A stretch of 64,000 bases of DNA from Candidatus Poribacteria bacterium (GTDB lineage Bacteria; Poribacteria; WGA-4E; PCPOR2b), in contig OZ244587.1 of NCBI GenBank assembly GCA_965218095.1, positions 4,960,001 through 5,024,000 of the forward strand. The letters run 5' to 3'. The position numbers and the translations under genes are program-made. Every line of letters starts with the position of its first letter. Positions within the stretch are counted from its first letter, which is position 1. This document shows, piece after piece, positions 50,060 through 59,675 of the stretch. Under the pieces are notes generated by a model. That model searched no databases and was not told where the DNA came from. It was given only the letters and a program-made list of their open reading frames with translations.

Positions 50060-51400
50060 CTAATCCGACGCAATGCAGTAGAGATATTTACGCCCACGCA
50101 GGTATATTTCGTTATCCACGATCGCTGGTGAGGCGTCGAATCCATCATTGAGCATGTTCTTGGTGAGCACCTCAAACTTAGGCCCGTGTTTAATCACCAG
50201 GATGGCCCCATCTCTATCAGCGAGGTATACACGATTGCTTGCACCGACCGGCGAGGCATAGACCTCTGTTAAACCCTGCAGCCGCTGTGGGCCATAGTAT
50301 GCCTCGCCCGTTCTGGCGCTGAAGCAGGAGAGAATCCCCTTGTTGTGTTTCAGGAAATAGAGCATGTCATCGTAAAGCAGCGGGGAGGGAACATAGGGTG
50401 TATCTCTATCATGCTCCCAGACAACCGACTCGGAACTGGAGATGTCGCCTTTGGCAGCAGCAAGTTGGATGGCTTGCAAGGCGTTGCCCCGAAAGCCGCT
50501 GGTGACGTAGACCATACCGTTTGCGGTCACGGGGGATGGAATCGTATTGTGGGTCATGCCGCCACATTCCCAAATCACGTCCCCTGTCGCCAGGTCATAG
50601 CTGCGCGTGCGGTGGGTCGCGCTGACAATGACCTGGGGCTTCCCATCATGTTCGACGGCAATGGGTGTTGACCACGACGTGATTTCATCTCGGTCGACTT
50701 TCCAGAGTTTCTCGCCGGTTCTCTTATCCAGCGCGATGATAAACGAATCCCCCTCATGGTCCCAGTTGATGACGATGACCTCGCCATAAAGTGTGGGCGA
50801 ACTGCCTTCGCCGAAACTGCGCCGGATGGTCATGTCTCCGAAGTCTTTCTCCCATTGAAGGTTTCCCTCCATGTCAAAGCAATACAGCCCGTGGGAGCCG
50901 AAGTAAGCGTAGACATGCTCACCATCGGTCACCGGTGAATTCGACGCCCAACTTCCCGTTGGATGGGTACCTTCATGTGGGAGTTCTTCACGTACAGTTT
51001 TCTGCCAAAGGATGCTGCCGTGAGAACGACTGATGGCGAAAATAATAAACTTGTGGATGTTCGATGTTTTTATGTTGGGCGGACCACGACGTCTTCGCCG
51101 GGGCGGTTGTTCTGTCTGTTCAAATTCAACCTGTTTATCGGTTTTGATGGCGGTTGTGACAAAGACGGTATCGCCCCACACGATTGGGGTGGCGTGGCCC
51201 CTGCCAGGAATTTCGATTTTCCACCGGATGTTTTTGTTTTCATTCCATTCGATTGGTGGATCGCCGTATGGGGCAACTCCCGAAGCGAGCGGTCCACGCC
51301 ACATTGGCCAATACCTGTCGAACTTTGAGGGGGTGTCGCTCCCCCATGCCACAGTTGAAATCATACAGAAACAGACTATAACGGCTGCTATTCTTTTCAC
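50060..51400 (-). CDS. Secreted PQQ-like beta-propeller (BamB-like) protein
   Basis: Signal peptide; WPMWRGP, SSP, ALDKRTGEKLWK, PYVPSPL, ASPAIV. Confidence 0.88.
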   Translation of the reverse strand: MKRIAAVIVCFCMISTVAWGSDTPSKFDRYWPMWRGPLASGVAPYGDPPIEWNENKNIRWKIEIPGRGHATPIVWGDTVFVTTAIKTDKQVEFEQTEQPPRRRRRGPPNIKTSNIHKFIIFAISRSHGSILWQKTVREELPHEGTHPTGSWASNSPVTDGEHVYAYFGSHGLYCFDMEGNLQWEKDFGDMTIRRSFGEGSSPTLYGEVIVINWDHEGDSFIIALDKRTGEKLWKVDRDEITSWSTPIAVEHDGKPQVIVSATHRTRSYDLATGDVIWECGGMTHNTIPSPVTANGMVYVTSGFRGNALQAIQLAAAKGDISSSESVVWEHDRDTPYVPSPLLYDDMLYFLKHNKGILSCFSARTGEAYYGPQRLQGLTEVYASPVGASNRVYLADRDGAILVIKHGPKFEVLTKNMLNDGFDASPAIVDNEIYLRGRKYLYCIASD

Positions 51401-51483
51401 TGAATTCGCCTCCTGAGTGTGTAATTATTATGCTAATGGCAGTCAGATTTTACAAGATTGACAAATCGAAACTGATATCCTCC

Positions 51484-51790
51484 TCACACAATTTCAACCC
51501 TTTTCCCCTCCGACAGCAATCCCGCCTCATACACCTTCATCACTTCAAGAGCAAGTTCCAACGCCCCTTGCGGGTTGCCCGACGAAGATTCGGTCACAGA
51601 AATATCGCATCTCGTTGTAGAAGCCTTGCGTGAAAAGAGCTTTGTTCTCAAGCGTTGCAAAGCTGTTTTGCGGCTCCCAGATAACCGCGCCGCTGTCAAT
51701 GCCTTCGAGGAGATAACTTGTGGTTATACCGTATTGGGATGGTATGCCGCCTTGAAGTGTCACACGAAGGCTATTGGTAGCCATCGCCGA
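51484..51790 (-). pseudogene. Frameshifted C-terminal remnant of a Gfo/Idh/MocA-like oxidoreductase
   Basis: WEPQNSFATLENKALFTQGFYNEMRYFC in one frame, LELALEVMKVYEAGLLSEGKRV in another; no N-terminus. Confidence 0.5.
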
Positions 51791-51806
51791 AGAAGTTATA
51801 AGGACT

Positions 51807-53996
51807 TCACCCACAAGCAATCGTCACATAGATTGGGCTCGCCCACGCCTTTGCCCCATCCGTCTGTAACACCTGCACCCAGTAGGGATGGCAGCCCGAT
51901 GGCGCCGCAGCCTCTCGAAACGTAAACGTGACCTCCCGGCCTGCGCCCAGCGGCAACCGTTCAAACACAACCTTCATATCAATGCCCCCTGCCTCCAAAA
52001 CCACGGGCGCCTCGGCAATTTCCTGAAGCGAAAGCGACCAATTCAGAACCGGCGTCTTAAAATCGAAGGTCGTTTCGGACGGCGCGTCCAACCTCAGAAC
52101 CACACCATCGGCGTCCCCGGTGGTCACGGATTTCCAGGATACCCTTCGCTCCGTCACCGCCTCAATGCCCTCCGCCGGAGAATCGAAGGCATAACCTTTT
52201 GCTTCCAGAATTCGCCCCCGATCAACCTCAATGCTTCCGTCCCATCGCACCAACCGATTCCGCGCCCGGATGCGCTGTCCGGACCAGGCAACGCGGATTT
52301 TGTCCTCCGCCCGCTCAATCGTCTCCGGAAAGGTGTAAATCCGTTCTAACCCCCTGAAAATATCCACCCGTTCGATTGGGGCGGTTCCAAAAACCTTCAC
52401 CGAGATTTCTGGTCCGATGAAATCGGACGAGCGCGGCTTGGTCGTCCGATACGCCACGCCCATCGGATGTCCGTCCGCTGTTACATCCAGCAAGATGCGC
52501 TGCCCGGTGGTTCCATAACACCGCCGTGCTTTAAGCGCCTCCCATAGTGCCTCCCGTGTCAGCTCTCGGGCGTAGATGCAGGTCAATCCACCGTACACGC
52601 CAAACGAACCACTGCCCGGATAGGCCGCTCCGGGTCGACCCTTGTGATCGTCACTTCCGGCGATGAAACCGACCCGGTAGCCCTTCTCCAGCGCCTCCTG
52701 TAGGAACCACTCGAATTCCCCCCACTCGGAATAGACCTCAATTACTCGCTCCAGCGCCGGGTCGTGCCAGTTCAAGTTGGCATAACGCCCACCTACATGC
52801 GGCACCAGCAGAACATCCTGTTCCTTCAACGCAGCATACAGTTCTTCGATGTACGTGCAGTCAGTATCGACATCCGATTTATCCGGAATCAGCACGTGAC
52901 TCGACCGGTGCAGTGGACCGTCATCCCCCGGGTAATAGATATTGTGGTCGCCTCCCAGGGGCGTGTTCCCCGACCACTCATACCCGACAAATGCGACAAA
53001 TCGCCCGGGGTCGTATTGGGTGTTGGCTTGCTTGCGAATTTCCATCCAGACATCCTCGGTGATCTGAAAGTCGTTCCCCTGATGACCAGCGAAGTCAACC
53101 AACGCCGCCTCGCGCGCAAAGCGGAAATAGGAGGAGACTGGATTGGTCCCGACAGTTTCCTCGCTTTGCCCGTGGAGATCCCCCCAGAAGGGCTGGTAAG
53201 GTCCCTGAGCGTTCACGCACCGGAGTGGATTACCCTCCGCGGTGAGTTTATTTTGCCGGTCTTCCACGCGCACCCGATAGATGCCTGTCCTAGACGCCTT
53301 CACGCCTTCAAAGCGGCGCACACCCCGATCCGCGGGCTGGAATTGATAGACCGCTGGCAGACCGCTCAACCCCCCGGCATTGATGTGCACCTCGCCTGCA
53401 TACCCCGTGCTGGGATTGCCCCACACATCTTCTGCCTTGATTCCCACCCAGGCTTCCGCGCCAGGCGTGGTTTCCGATGCCTCCAACACCACCAGACGGT
53501 CGGGCGGTCCGCTGATAATTGGAATCCCCGGCGATGGCACGACCGTGTAGACCCATGTCCCACACCAATCAACGGCAACCCGAAACTCGAACGCATCCTT
53601 GCAAAAGGTCTGCACCCGGCTGCCCGGGCTTCCACCCACGGTATCGCCTAATGTCAGCGTGACAGCATCGCCTTCGGAGAGTGAGTCGTCGAACACATCG
53701 ATGGTGACGCAGCGGCGCCAGGGGCGCACGTAGCGCTGCTTTTCAAACGCAGCTCGCAGGGACGCCGGGCCGGTGGTAGAGACGGTGGCATACTCCGGCG
53801 CAGAAGGATTTTCAAATTGGGGCGCCGCCCAGTCGCTGACGTCCCGCCAGGCGATTTTAATCACCCCACCGTCGTCCACGCCACAGCGACCAACATGGTA
53901 GGTGATACGCCAGGTTCCGGTCGATCCGGCGACGATATGGCTGTCCGGATCTATCTCCGCCCAGCCATATAAGGCGCGAATTTCTGATTCCGTCAT
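51807..53996 (-). CDS. DUF3604 / PHP-like metal-dependent hydrolase
   Basis: WGDLHGQSEETVG, GYEWSG, GDHNI, GFIAGSDDHKGRPG, RRCYGTTG, WASPI; GGAGG RBS before 53996. Confidence 0.85.
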   Translation of the reverse strand: MTESEIRALYGWAEIDPDSHIVAGSTGTWRITYHVGRCGVDDGGVIKIAWRDVSDWAAPQFENPSAPEYATVSTTGPASLRAAFEKQRYVRPWRRCVTIDVFDDSLSEGDAVTLTLGDTVGGSPGSRVQTFCKDAFEFRVAVDWCGTWVYTVVPSPGIPIISGPPDRLVVLEASETTPGAEAWVGIKAEDVWGNPSTGYAGEVHINAGGLSGLPAVYQFQPADRGVRRFEGVKASRTGIYRVRVEDRQNKLTAEGNPLRCVNAQGPYQPFWGDLHGQSEETVGTNPVSSYFRFAREAALVDFAGHQGNDFQITEDVWMEIRKQANTQYDPGRFVAFVGYEWSGNTPLGGDHNIYYPGDDGPLHRSSHVLIPDKSDVDTDCTYIEELYAALKEQDVLLVPHVGGRYANLNWHDPALERVIEVYSEWGEFEWFLQEALEKGYRVGFIAGSDDHKGRPGAAYPGSGSFGVYGGLTCIYARELTREALWEALKARRCYGTTGQRILLDVTADGHPMGVAYRTTKPRSSDFIGPEISVKVFGTAPIERVDIFRGLERIYTFPETIERAEDKIRVAWSGQRIRARNRLVRWDGSIEVDRGRILEAKGYAFDSPAEGIEAVTERRVSWKSVTTGDADGVVLRLDAPSETTFDFKTPVLNWSLSLQEIAEAPVVLEAGGIDMKVVFERLPLGAGREVTFTFREAAAPSGCHPYWVQVLQTDGAKAWASPIYVTIACG

Positions 53997-54192
53997 CGTT
54001 TCAACCCTCCATTGAGGAATCCTCTTGGAGTTTGAGAATGCTTTGGAGGCCCAGAAACCGAATTTTTCAGAAAAACCCGGTTTCTTACCGCCTCGTCTCT
54101 TGCCTGGTACTGTATACGAAAAAAACAGAAGTCGCTCTGCGGAGGCGTGTTTCGCTGGCGCTCCGCAAAGCGACTCGGTTACCAGTGTGCCG

Positions 54193-54936
54193 CTATGAGC
54201 TTTCCTCTTCTTCCTCGGCAGCATATGAATGTCCGGCGAAGATCGCTCTGACCTCCGCCGCTGTTTTCGCATTTCTCAGCGAATTAATACGGGTTTCTTC
54301 TTCTTTCAGCAGTCCCTGAACATTGGTCAGCACGGCTTCAAGTTTGTCGGCTGGAAACTTGCAAGCGCCATTTTCGTCCATGTGGATCAGCTCGCCCGGA
54401 GAAACATCCATACCCCCCACCGTGACGGGGACATTGACCGCATGAACGGCCATGGCGCCGTGTCCTGCCGTGACACCGCTGAGCATATACTGGAATTTCA
54501 TCGGACGGATTTCATCAATGTCCCTTGAAGGACCATTGGATATAGCCCCCACACAGCCCACCGCTTTCATTGCCGTGGTCATATTCCCACCAGCCAGTCC
54601 TACTTTACCGGCGAGCTCAGGTGGAAATTTCTGCTGAAAGACCAGAATTGTTGGTTTCCTTGATGCATCCAAGGCATCGATTAAATCCATAAAGGACAAG
54701 CGTGAGTAATTCTCATCCGGCAATCCATAGACGCATGTAACGGCATATCCAACGATTCTGCCTAGTTCGGGATACATACAACGGATGGATTGGTCGGTAT
54801 ACCAGTTCTCCGTCCAGGGATTGTAAAGTCCAAGACAGAGCGGATGAGTCGGATAGGTTGCGACGACGTTGGTGATTGACGGTGTATCGAAGTGTCGCAA
54901 TTCTGCCAACATTTCCTGTTCTGTTAAGTTTGCCAT
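54193..54936 (-). CDS. RraA/HMG-aldolase family protein
   Basis: FDTPSITN, GYAVT, NGPSRDIDE, VSPGELIHMDENG. Confidence 0.88.
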   Translation of the reverse strand: MANLTEQEMLAELRHFDTPSITNVVATYPTHPLCLGLYNPWTENWYTDQSIRCMYPELGRIVGYAVTCVYGLPDENYSRLSFMDLIDALDASRKPTILVFQQKFPPELAGKVGLAGGNMTTAMKAVGCVGAISNGPSRDIDEIRPMKFQYMLSGVTAGHGAMAVHAVNVPVTVGGMDVSPGELIHMDENGACKFPADKLEAVLTNVQGLLKEEETRINSLRNAKTAAEVRAIFAGHSYAAEEEEESS

Positions 54937-55038
54937 GAGTAGCCTCCTCGTAAAATTGAAAAATTAAAAGGTCTGTTCCACAATTTCGTGTGGAACTTGC
55001 ATCGGTGTCGAAGTGAAAGACTGCGCTTAAATCTGTCT

Positions 55039-55185
55039 GTAACCGTTCAGGACTAACCGGAGCGAGCACTGGTTGAGTAGCGAAACGTATCGAAATCAAG
55101 CGAGCGGAATCTCGCTTCGCTAGAGATTTGGTCTCGATGCGCCTACGGCTACTCGACCGGCACTATCCCCCACCTGAACAGTTAC
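55039..55185. mobile_element. 147-bp MITE with 13-bp TIRs and 8-bp target duplication
   Basis: GTAACCGTTCAGG...CCTGAACAGTTAC; ATCTGTCT at 55031-55038 and 55186-55193. Confidence 0.85.
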
Positions 55186-55215
55186 ATCTGTCTTTCCTAT
55201 TCGACGCCCATCTCA

Positions 55216-56118
55216 TCAAGAGACAGTAACTTCGGTCAGCCCAAGTTCCGCAACACACTTTCTTAACCTCGCCCGTTGTTCGGCGGTTAGGGGAGATGCG
55301 GGTGGTCTCGGATGGCCGCAATCAATGCCAAGCCGTTCACTGAGCGCCGCCTTGACAACAGCATGGAATCCACCCTCACATGCATTAATCGCGTCAAATA
55401 CTTCACAGGCTCTATCCTGGGCGGCTTCTGCGCGTTTTAAATCCCCATCTTGGTAGGCATTCCAGATTTCCACCCAGAATTCGGGCGCCATGTTTAGTGG
55501 TCCATCCACACAGCCGGTGGCGCCCAGCGTTAGCGCCGGCAGCATTAATCTACAACTTCCAATGAAGCAAGAGAGCTCCATCTTGACGAAGGCTCGGACA
55601 TTGACGAATATTGGTGCGGAATGCTTCAACCCTGCCAACTGGGGAACCCTCTCCTGAATTTTCTGCATCAATATCGGGGTAATCTCAACGCCGGTGGCCC
55701 CTGGCAAATTGTAGACAAACAGCGGCAGGTCAGCGGCTTCAGCCACGATCCGGTAGTGCTCGATGATTTCCGTGTCCGTGCGCCCATAGAAAAAAGGCGG
55801 CACACAGCAAATCGCCTCGACGCCAGCCTGAGCAGCGTGTTCAGCCATTCTCGCAGCCCGTGCTGTTGTCGGCGCCCCGACATGCATAATATTTTTCGCC
55901 CTGCCCCGGGACTGATCCGCCACAATCTCGGCGATCCGCTGGTTCTCTTCGTCATCCAGCAAAACGCTTTCGCCGGTGCCACCAGCGACCCAGAAGCCGT
56001 GGACCCCGGCCTGGATGTTAAATTCGATGACCTTCCGAAAAGCCACTTCGTTTAACTGACCTTCAGGCATCATCGGAGTGATCACTGCGGGAAACACACC
56101 TTGAAATTCGGTGTTCAT
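55216..56118 (-). CDS. DapA/N-acetylneuraminate lyase family aldolase
   Basis: GVFPAVITP, GGTGES, VYNLP, GLKHS. Confidence 0.9.
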   Translation of the reverse strand: MNTEFQGVFPAVITPMMPEGQLNEVAFRKVIEFNIQAGVHGFWVAGGTGESVLLDDEENQRIAEIVADQSRGRAKNIMHVGAPTTARAARMAEHAAQAGVEAICCVPPFFYGRTDTEIIEHYRIVAEAADLPLFVYNLPGATGVEITPILMQKIQERVPQLAGLKHSAPIFVNVRAFVKMELSCFIGSCRLMLPALTLGATGCVDGPLNMAPEFWVEIWNAYQDGDLKRAEAAQDRACEVFDAINACEGGFHAVVKAALSERLGIDCGHPRPPASPLTAEQRARLRKCVAELGLTEVTVS

Positions 56119-56253
56119 TAACCATTCCTCCTCAAAGCATACATGATGATGAAGTCGACCGGATTCCGCCCGTGCCAAATAGACGTATATCTGATCAAAT
56201 TGAGAAAGGAGCCTCCGCCCTTAAAAAGGGGACGTCATCGACGCCCGCCGGCC

Positions 56254-57198
56254 TCAGCGGACCTTGACCAGCTTGCGGAAGCTGCGTAAGATCCTGGGCG
56301 GAGAAAGCGTCCGTCCGTAGGCGCTCCAGGATACCTCACCCACGTAGATGTCTCCGTGCGAATCAATCGCTAGGCCATGGGGAGCGATAAACTGTCCGGG
56401 CGCCTCTCCGGGTCGCACATCGCCCAGTCTAACAAGACGACGACCGGTGAGATCATGAATGCTGACGCAGTTGCCAAGATTGGGGTAATCGGCGTTGACC
56501 GTAAGTTGAGTGGGCGGTTCGCCGATGTAGACACGTTCGCCATCAATGTGCAATCCGCAGGGGCGGTGGAGATTGTTCCACTGGTCCAGATAGGCGCCCT
56601 GATCGTCGAATATCTGCACGCGGTGGCTCTCTCGATCCGCGATGTACACTTTTCCTCCGCCATCAGTGCAGACACTGTGCACTAGGTTGAACTGTCCCGG
56701 GTCTGTGCCATACTCGCCCCAGGAAAAAAGGTGACGCCCGTCAGCGGAATATTTGTGCACCTTGGCGTTGCCGTACCCATCAGATATGTAGAGATCGCCT
56801 GTTTTGGGATCAAAAGCCACTTTGGTCGGCCGGTTAAAGGGTTGGCCGCTGTGAAGCGGCGCGGGTTCGCCGGGCGTACCAATAGTCATTAAGAGTTGGC
56901 CATCGGTGGTGCATTTCCGAATCGAATGATCGCCATCGTCCACGCAATAGAGGTTCTCATCGGGCCCCAGCGTGACACCATGCGGGCGCGTAAACAGGTC
57001 TTCTCCCCAAGCGGTAACAAAACTGCCATCCTGCTCGAAAACGATCATCGGATGCTCGCCTCGATTGAGAACATAGACACGATCTCTTGAGTCTACCACG
57101 ACGTCAGCTACCTCTTTGAAGCTCCAGCCTTCAGGCAACTTTGCCCAATCTGCTAGTTCCTCGTAAACGTAATCTCCGCCGCCAAGTCTCGTCGCCAT
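56254..57198 (-). CDS. NHL-repeat protein (PAL-like)
   Basis: PHGVT, YISDGYGN, GTDPGQFNLVH, ADRESHRVQIFD, APHGLAIDSHGDIYVGEV. Confidence 0.9.
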   Translation of the reverse strand: MATRLGGGDYVYEELADWAKLPEGWSFKEVADVVVDSRDRVYVLNRGEHPMIVFEQDGSFVTAWGEDLFTRPHGVTLGPDENLYCVDDGDHSIRKCTTDGQLLMTIGTPGEPAPLHSGQPFNRPTKVAFDPKTGDLYISDGYGNAKVHKYSADGRHLFSWGEYGTDPGQFNLVHSVCTDGGGKVYIADRESHRVQIFDDQGAYLDQWNNLHRPCGLHIDGERVYIGEPPTQLTVNADYPNLGNCVSIHDLTGRRLVRLGDVRPGEAPGQFIAPHGLAIDSHGDIYVGEVSWSAYGRTLSPPRILRSFRKLVKVR

Positions 57199-57308
57199 AT
57201 TCTATTTCCTTTCATGTGTGCCATCACAGCTATCGTTCAGAATGCGCAATATTATAGCACGATTCTATGATGAGATCTAGGACGAAAGCCCAAAGCGCCA
57301 AAAAATGA

Positions 57309-57337
57309 TTGACACATTAACGGAAAATTGATAAACT
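57309..57337 (+). promoter_or_regulatory. Putative sigma70 promoter
   Basis: TTGACA-17-TAAACT. Confidence 0.6.
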
Positions 57338-57538
57338 CCTTTTCCCTACGAGTTTGTCCAATTCATCTATAGTAGAGTGTGCAGGCTGCTCGTTCTGTGT
57401 ACGAGTGAATCCTAAAAACAAGTCCTGCCTAACGAAAATTCCGCTTCGCGAGGCTGGCAGAGTGCTCTACTTCGTCGCAAGTGAAAAACCTGTATCAATC
57501 AGCCAAGATTTTCATTCATGTTCGGAGAGGATGAAATA

Positions 57539-58909
57539 ATGAGTCTGGATACCTGGTTCATGATAGGGGACTGGAGTTTCCTGGACCAATTCCAGGTCAA
57601 CGAGTTTCTGGATAAAATGGAAGAAGTTAGAGTAAAATACCTGGCCTTTGGTGGGGCGCCGCCCATGAAACCCGATCCGCGACACTATAAAGATAGTGTG
57701 GTCAAGGGGATGGAGCCGCCTCCTGAGACGATGCAGCATGAGGCTGCAGTGAGGTCACTCTTTCAGGCTGCCAAGGAGCGGGGGATGGAGCTCTATTTTT
57801 ATGGTACCAATCCTCACATGAGCGGGGCGCTGCAGGTTTATACCGCGCTGCACAGCAAGCACGCTGTCCAAATTGACGGTGCCTTGAAACCTGTGGAGAG
57901 TTACTGGGGCGCCTGCGCTAACGCACCTGAGTTTGTACCCTATTACCTGGGGCGTATCATGGACGCGCATCAGAGCTTTCCAGAGATTGACGGTTTCTTG
58001 AATGACGGACCGGAGTTTGGATACGAGATAGCGCCCGACTTTATGGGGGACAACTGGAGCCTATTCGCCTGCTTTGGACGGTGTTGCGAGAGGAAGGCGA
58101 GAGAGTTGGGCTATGACTTAACGGCGTTGCGAACTTCAGCTATCAGACTCCAGCACGGACTCCGCGCCCTGGATGCTGACGTGATACAGCGGGTGATAAC
58201 ACACCAGAGTGACCCTCATGACACCCTCGGCGATGTCATCGAAGAGCCCGGGATAAAGGAATGGTTTCGCTGCAAGCAGGACTCGATTACCTCCTGCATC
58301 AAGGGGCTATGCCAGGGCGTTAAAAGCGTCGATACGTCCCTCAAGATTGGCATTGGTTCACGACTTCCAGCGTTTACGCCGCTGACAGGATACGATCTGT
58401 GTCGCCTGGCGCAACACGCGGACTTTATGTTGCCAAAGCTCTACCTCTGGATGGGCGGCGTGGATGGGCTGTACGGTACAGTCCATCGATGGGTGAAGAC
58501 GCTCAAGGGGTGGAATCCCCACCTGCCGGAGGAGATTCTCTTCCAGTTTGTCTACAGGCTCTTCGACTTTACGCTACCAGGGGTCAGCAATATTGAGGAC
58601 ATCGCAAGATACATTGATGCCGCGCATCTGGACACCACCCATCTGACATCGCTCGGCGAACCTTTCCCAGAACGGTTCTTCACAGACGTGGTAACCGGCC
58701 AGGTCAAAAAAATGATTCAGCAGGTGGGAGATGCCGGGTGCGTCCGCCCCTGGCTTGACACGGAACATGGCGGCCGGGTCTTGACGCCTCACGAATTAGA
58801 CATGGCGCTGACGGCGGCGGAGAATGGCGGCTTGAAAACTTATCTTTACTACTGCCCGCTTGAGGAGGATAACTGGGAAGTCGCAGTTAAACACGCCAAG
58901 AGGGGGTAG
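57539..58909 (+). CDS. Hypothetical protein (possibly a TIM-barrel glycosidase-like fold)
   Basis: Long ORF with GGAGAGG RBS; IDGFLNDGPEFGY motif. Confidence 0.7.
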   Translation: MSLDTWFMIGDWSFLDQFQVNEFLDKMEEVRVKYLAFGGAPPMKPDPRHYKDSVVKGMEPPPETMQHEAAVRSLFQAAKERGMELYFYGTNPHMSGALQVYTALHSKHAVQIDGALKPVESYWGACANAPEFVPYYLGRIMDAHQSFPEIDGFLNDGPEFGYEIAPDFMGDNWSLFACFGRCCERKARELGYDLTALRTSAIRLQHGLRALDADVIQRVITHQSDPHDTLGDVIEEPGIKEWFRCKQDSITSCIKGLCQGVKSVDTSLKIGIGSRLPAFTPLTGYDLCRLAQHADFMLPKLYLWMGGVDGLYGTVHRWVKTLKGWNPHLPEEILFQFVYRLFDFTLPGVSNIEDIARYIDAAHLDTTHLTSLGEPFPERFFTDVVTGQVKKMIQQVGDAGCVRPWLDTEHGGRVLTPHELDMALTAAENGGLKTYLYYCPLEEDNWEVAVKHAKRG

Positions 58910-58913
58910 CGTA

Positions 58914-59180
58914 TTAGTGGCTTGTCGCATCGGCGAGTGCAATAATCTGTGCCGAATCTTGGAGAGATGTTCCTAAAGCCAGCAATGATCGCATTAATAG
59001 ATCTAAAGATACAGAGGCGTCGCCCGCTTCTAGTTTGGCGACTCGTGATTGACTTGAATCGAGTAACTGGGCCAATTGCTTCTGTGTGAGTCTTTTTTCT
59101 TTACGACGGAATTTTATACTTTGACTCAAAGCGAATCTCAGTTCAATATATGCTTCTTCTTCGGGTGTTAATTCTGAACT
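58914..59180 (-). pseudogene. XRE-family HTH antitoxin-like gene, apparently lacking its native N-terminus
   Basis: ELTPEEEAYIEL..LTQKQLAQLLDSSQSRVAKLEAGDASVSLDLL; no toxin partner seen. Confidence 0.6.
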
Positions 59181-59675
59181 TGTTTTTCCCCTTCTTCTTT
59201 TTACCGACGATTCGCCTCTTTGACCGGGACAGCGTCCTGTATCTCCGTTCTCCCAACCCATACCTTCGTCTATACCACCTGCCCGGTATCGAACGCTGGC
59301 TTCCACCGGAACAGGCAGCGGATGCTGGACATATCATTGAAAAGGAAGGGAAAAGTACAGAGTCAGGTTGACACCCGTGTCACTAAGAATTGATTTATAG
59401 ACGGTGTACGAACTTTTGGTAATCCCTTTAGAACCGCGGATTTCGTAGGATTTCGCGGATTATTCATCCGTGTAATGCTATGTATCCGCGGTTCTAACAC
59501 CAAATCTTAGTAGCATTGAGGTTGACACAATCTGGAATTGTATTGATTGAAACTTCCTCTCGTTCCCAGGCTCCAGTTTGGGAACGAGGTGAACTCGCAC
59601 CTCTGTATCTCCCCGCCCTCGAATTCTGGGGGTAAGGAGATGAGGAGAAGGGCTGATTTAAGAAAGGAGCCTTTT

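Noticed and set aside
57262-57292. Hammerhead ribozyme-like TGATGAG...GACGAAA
   Set aside because: The core C of CUGAUGA is missing, stem II does not pair, and I found no stems I or III
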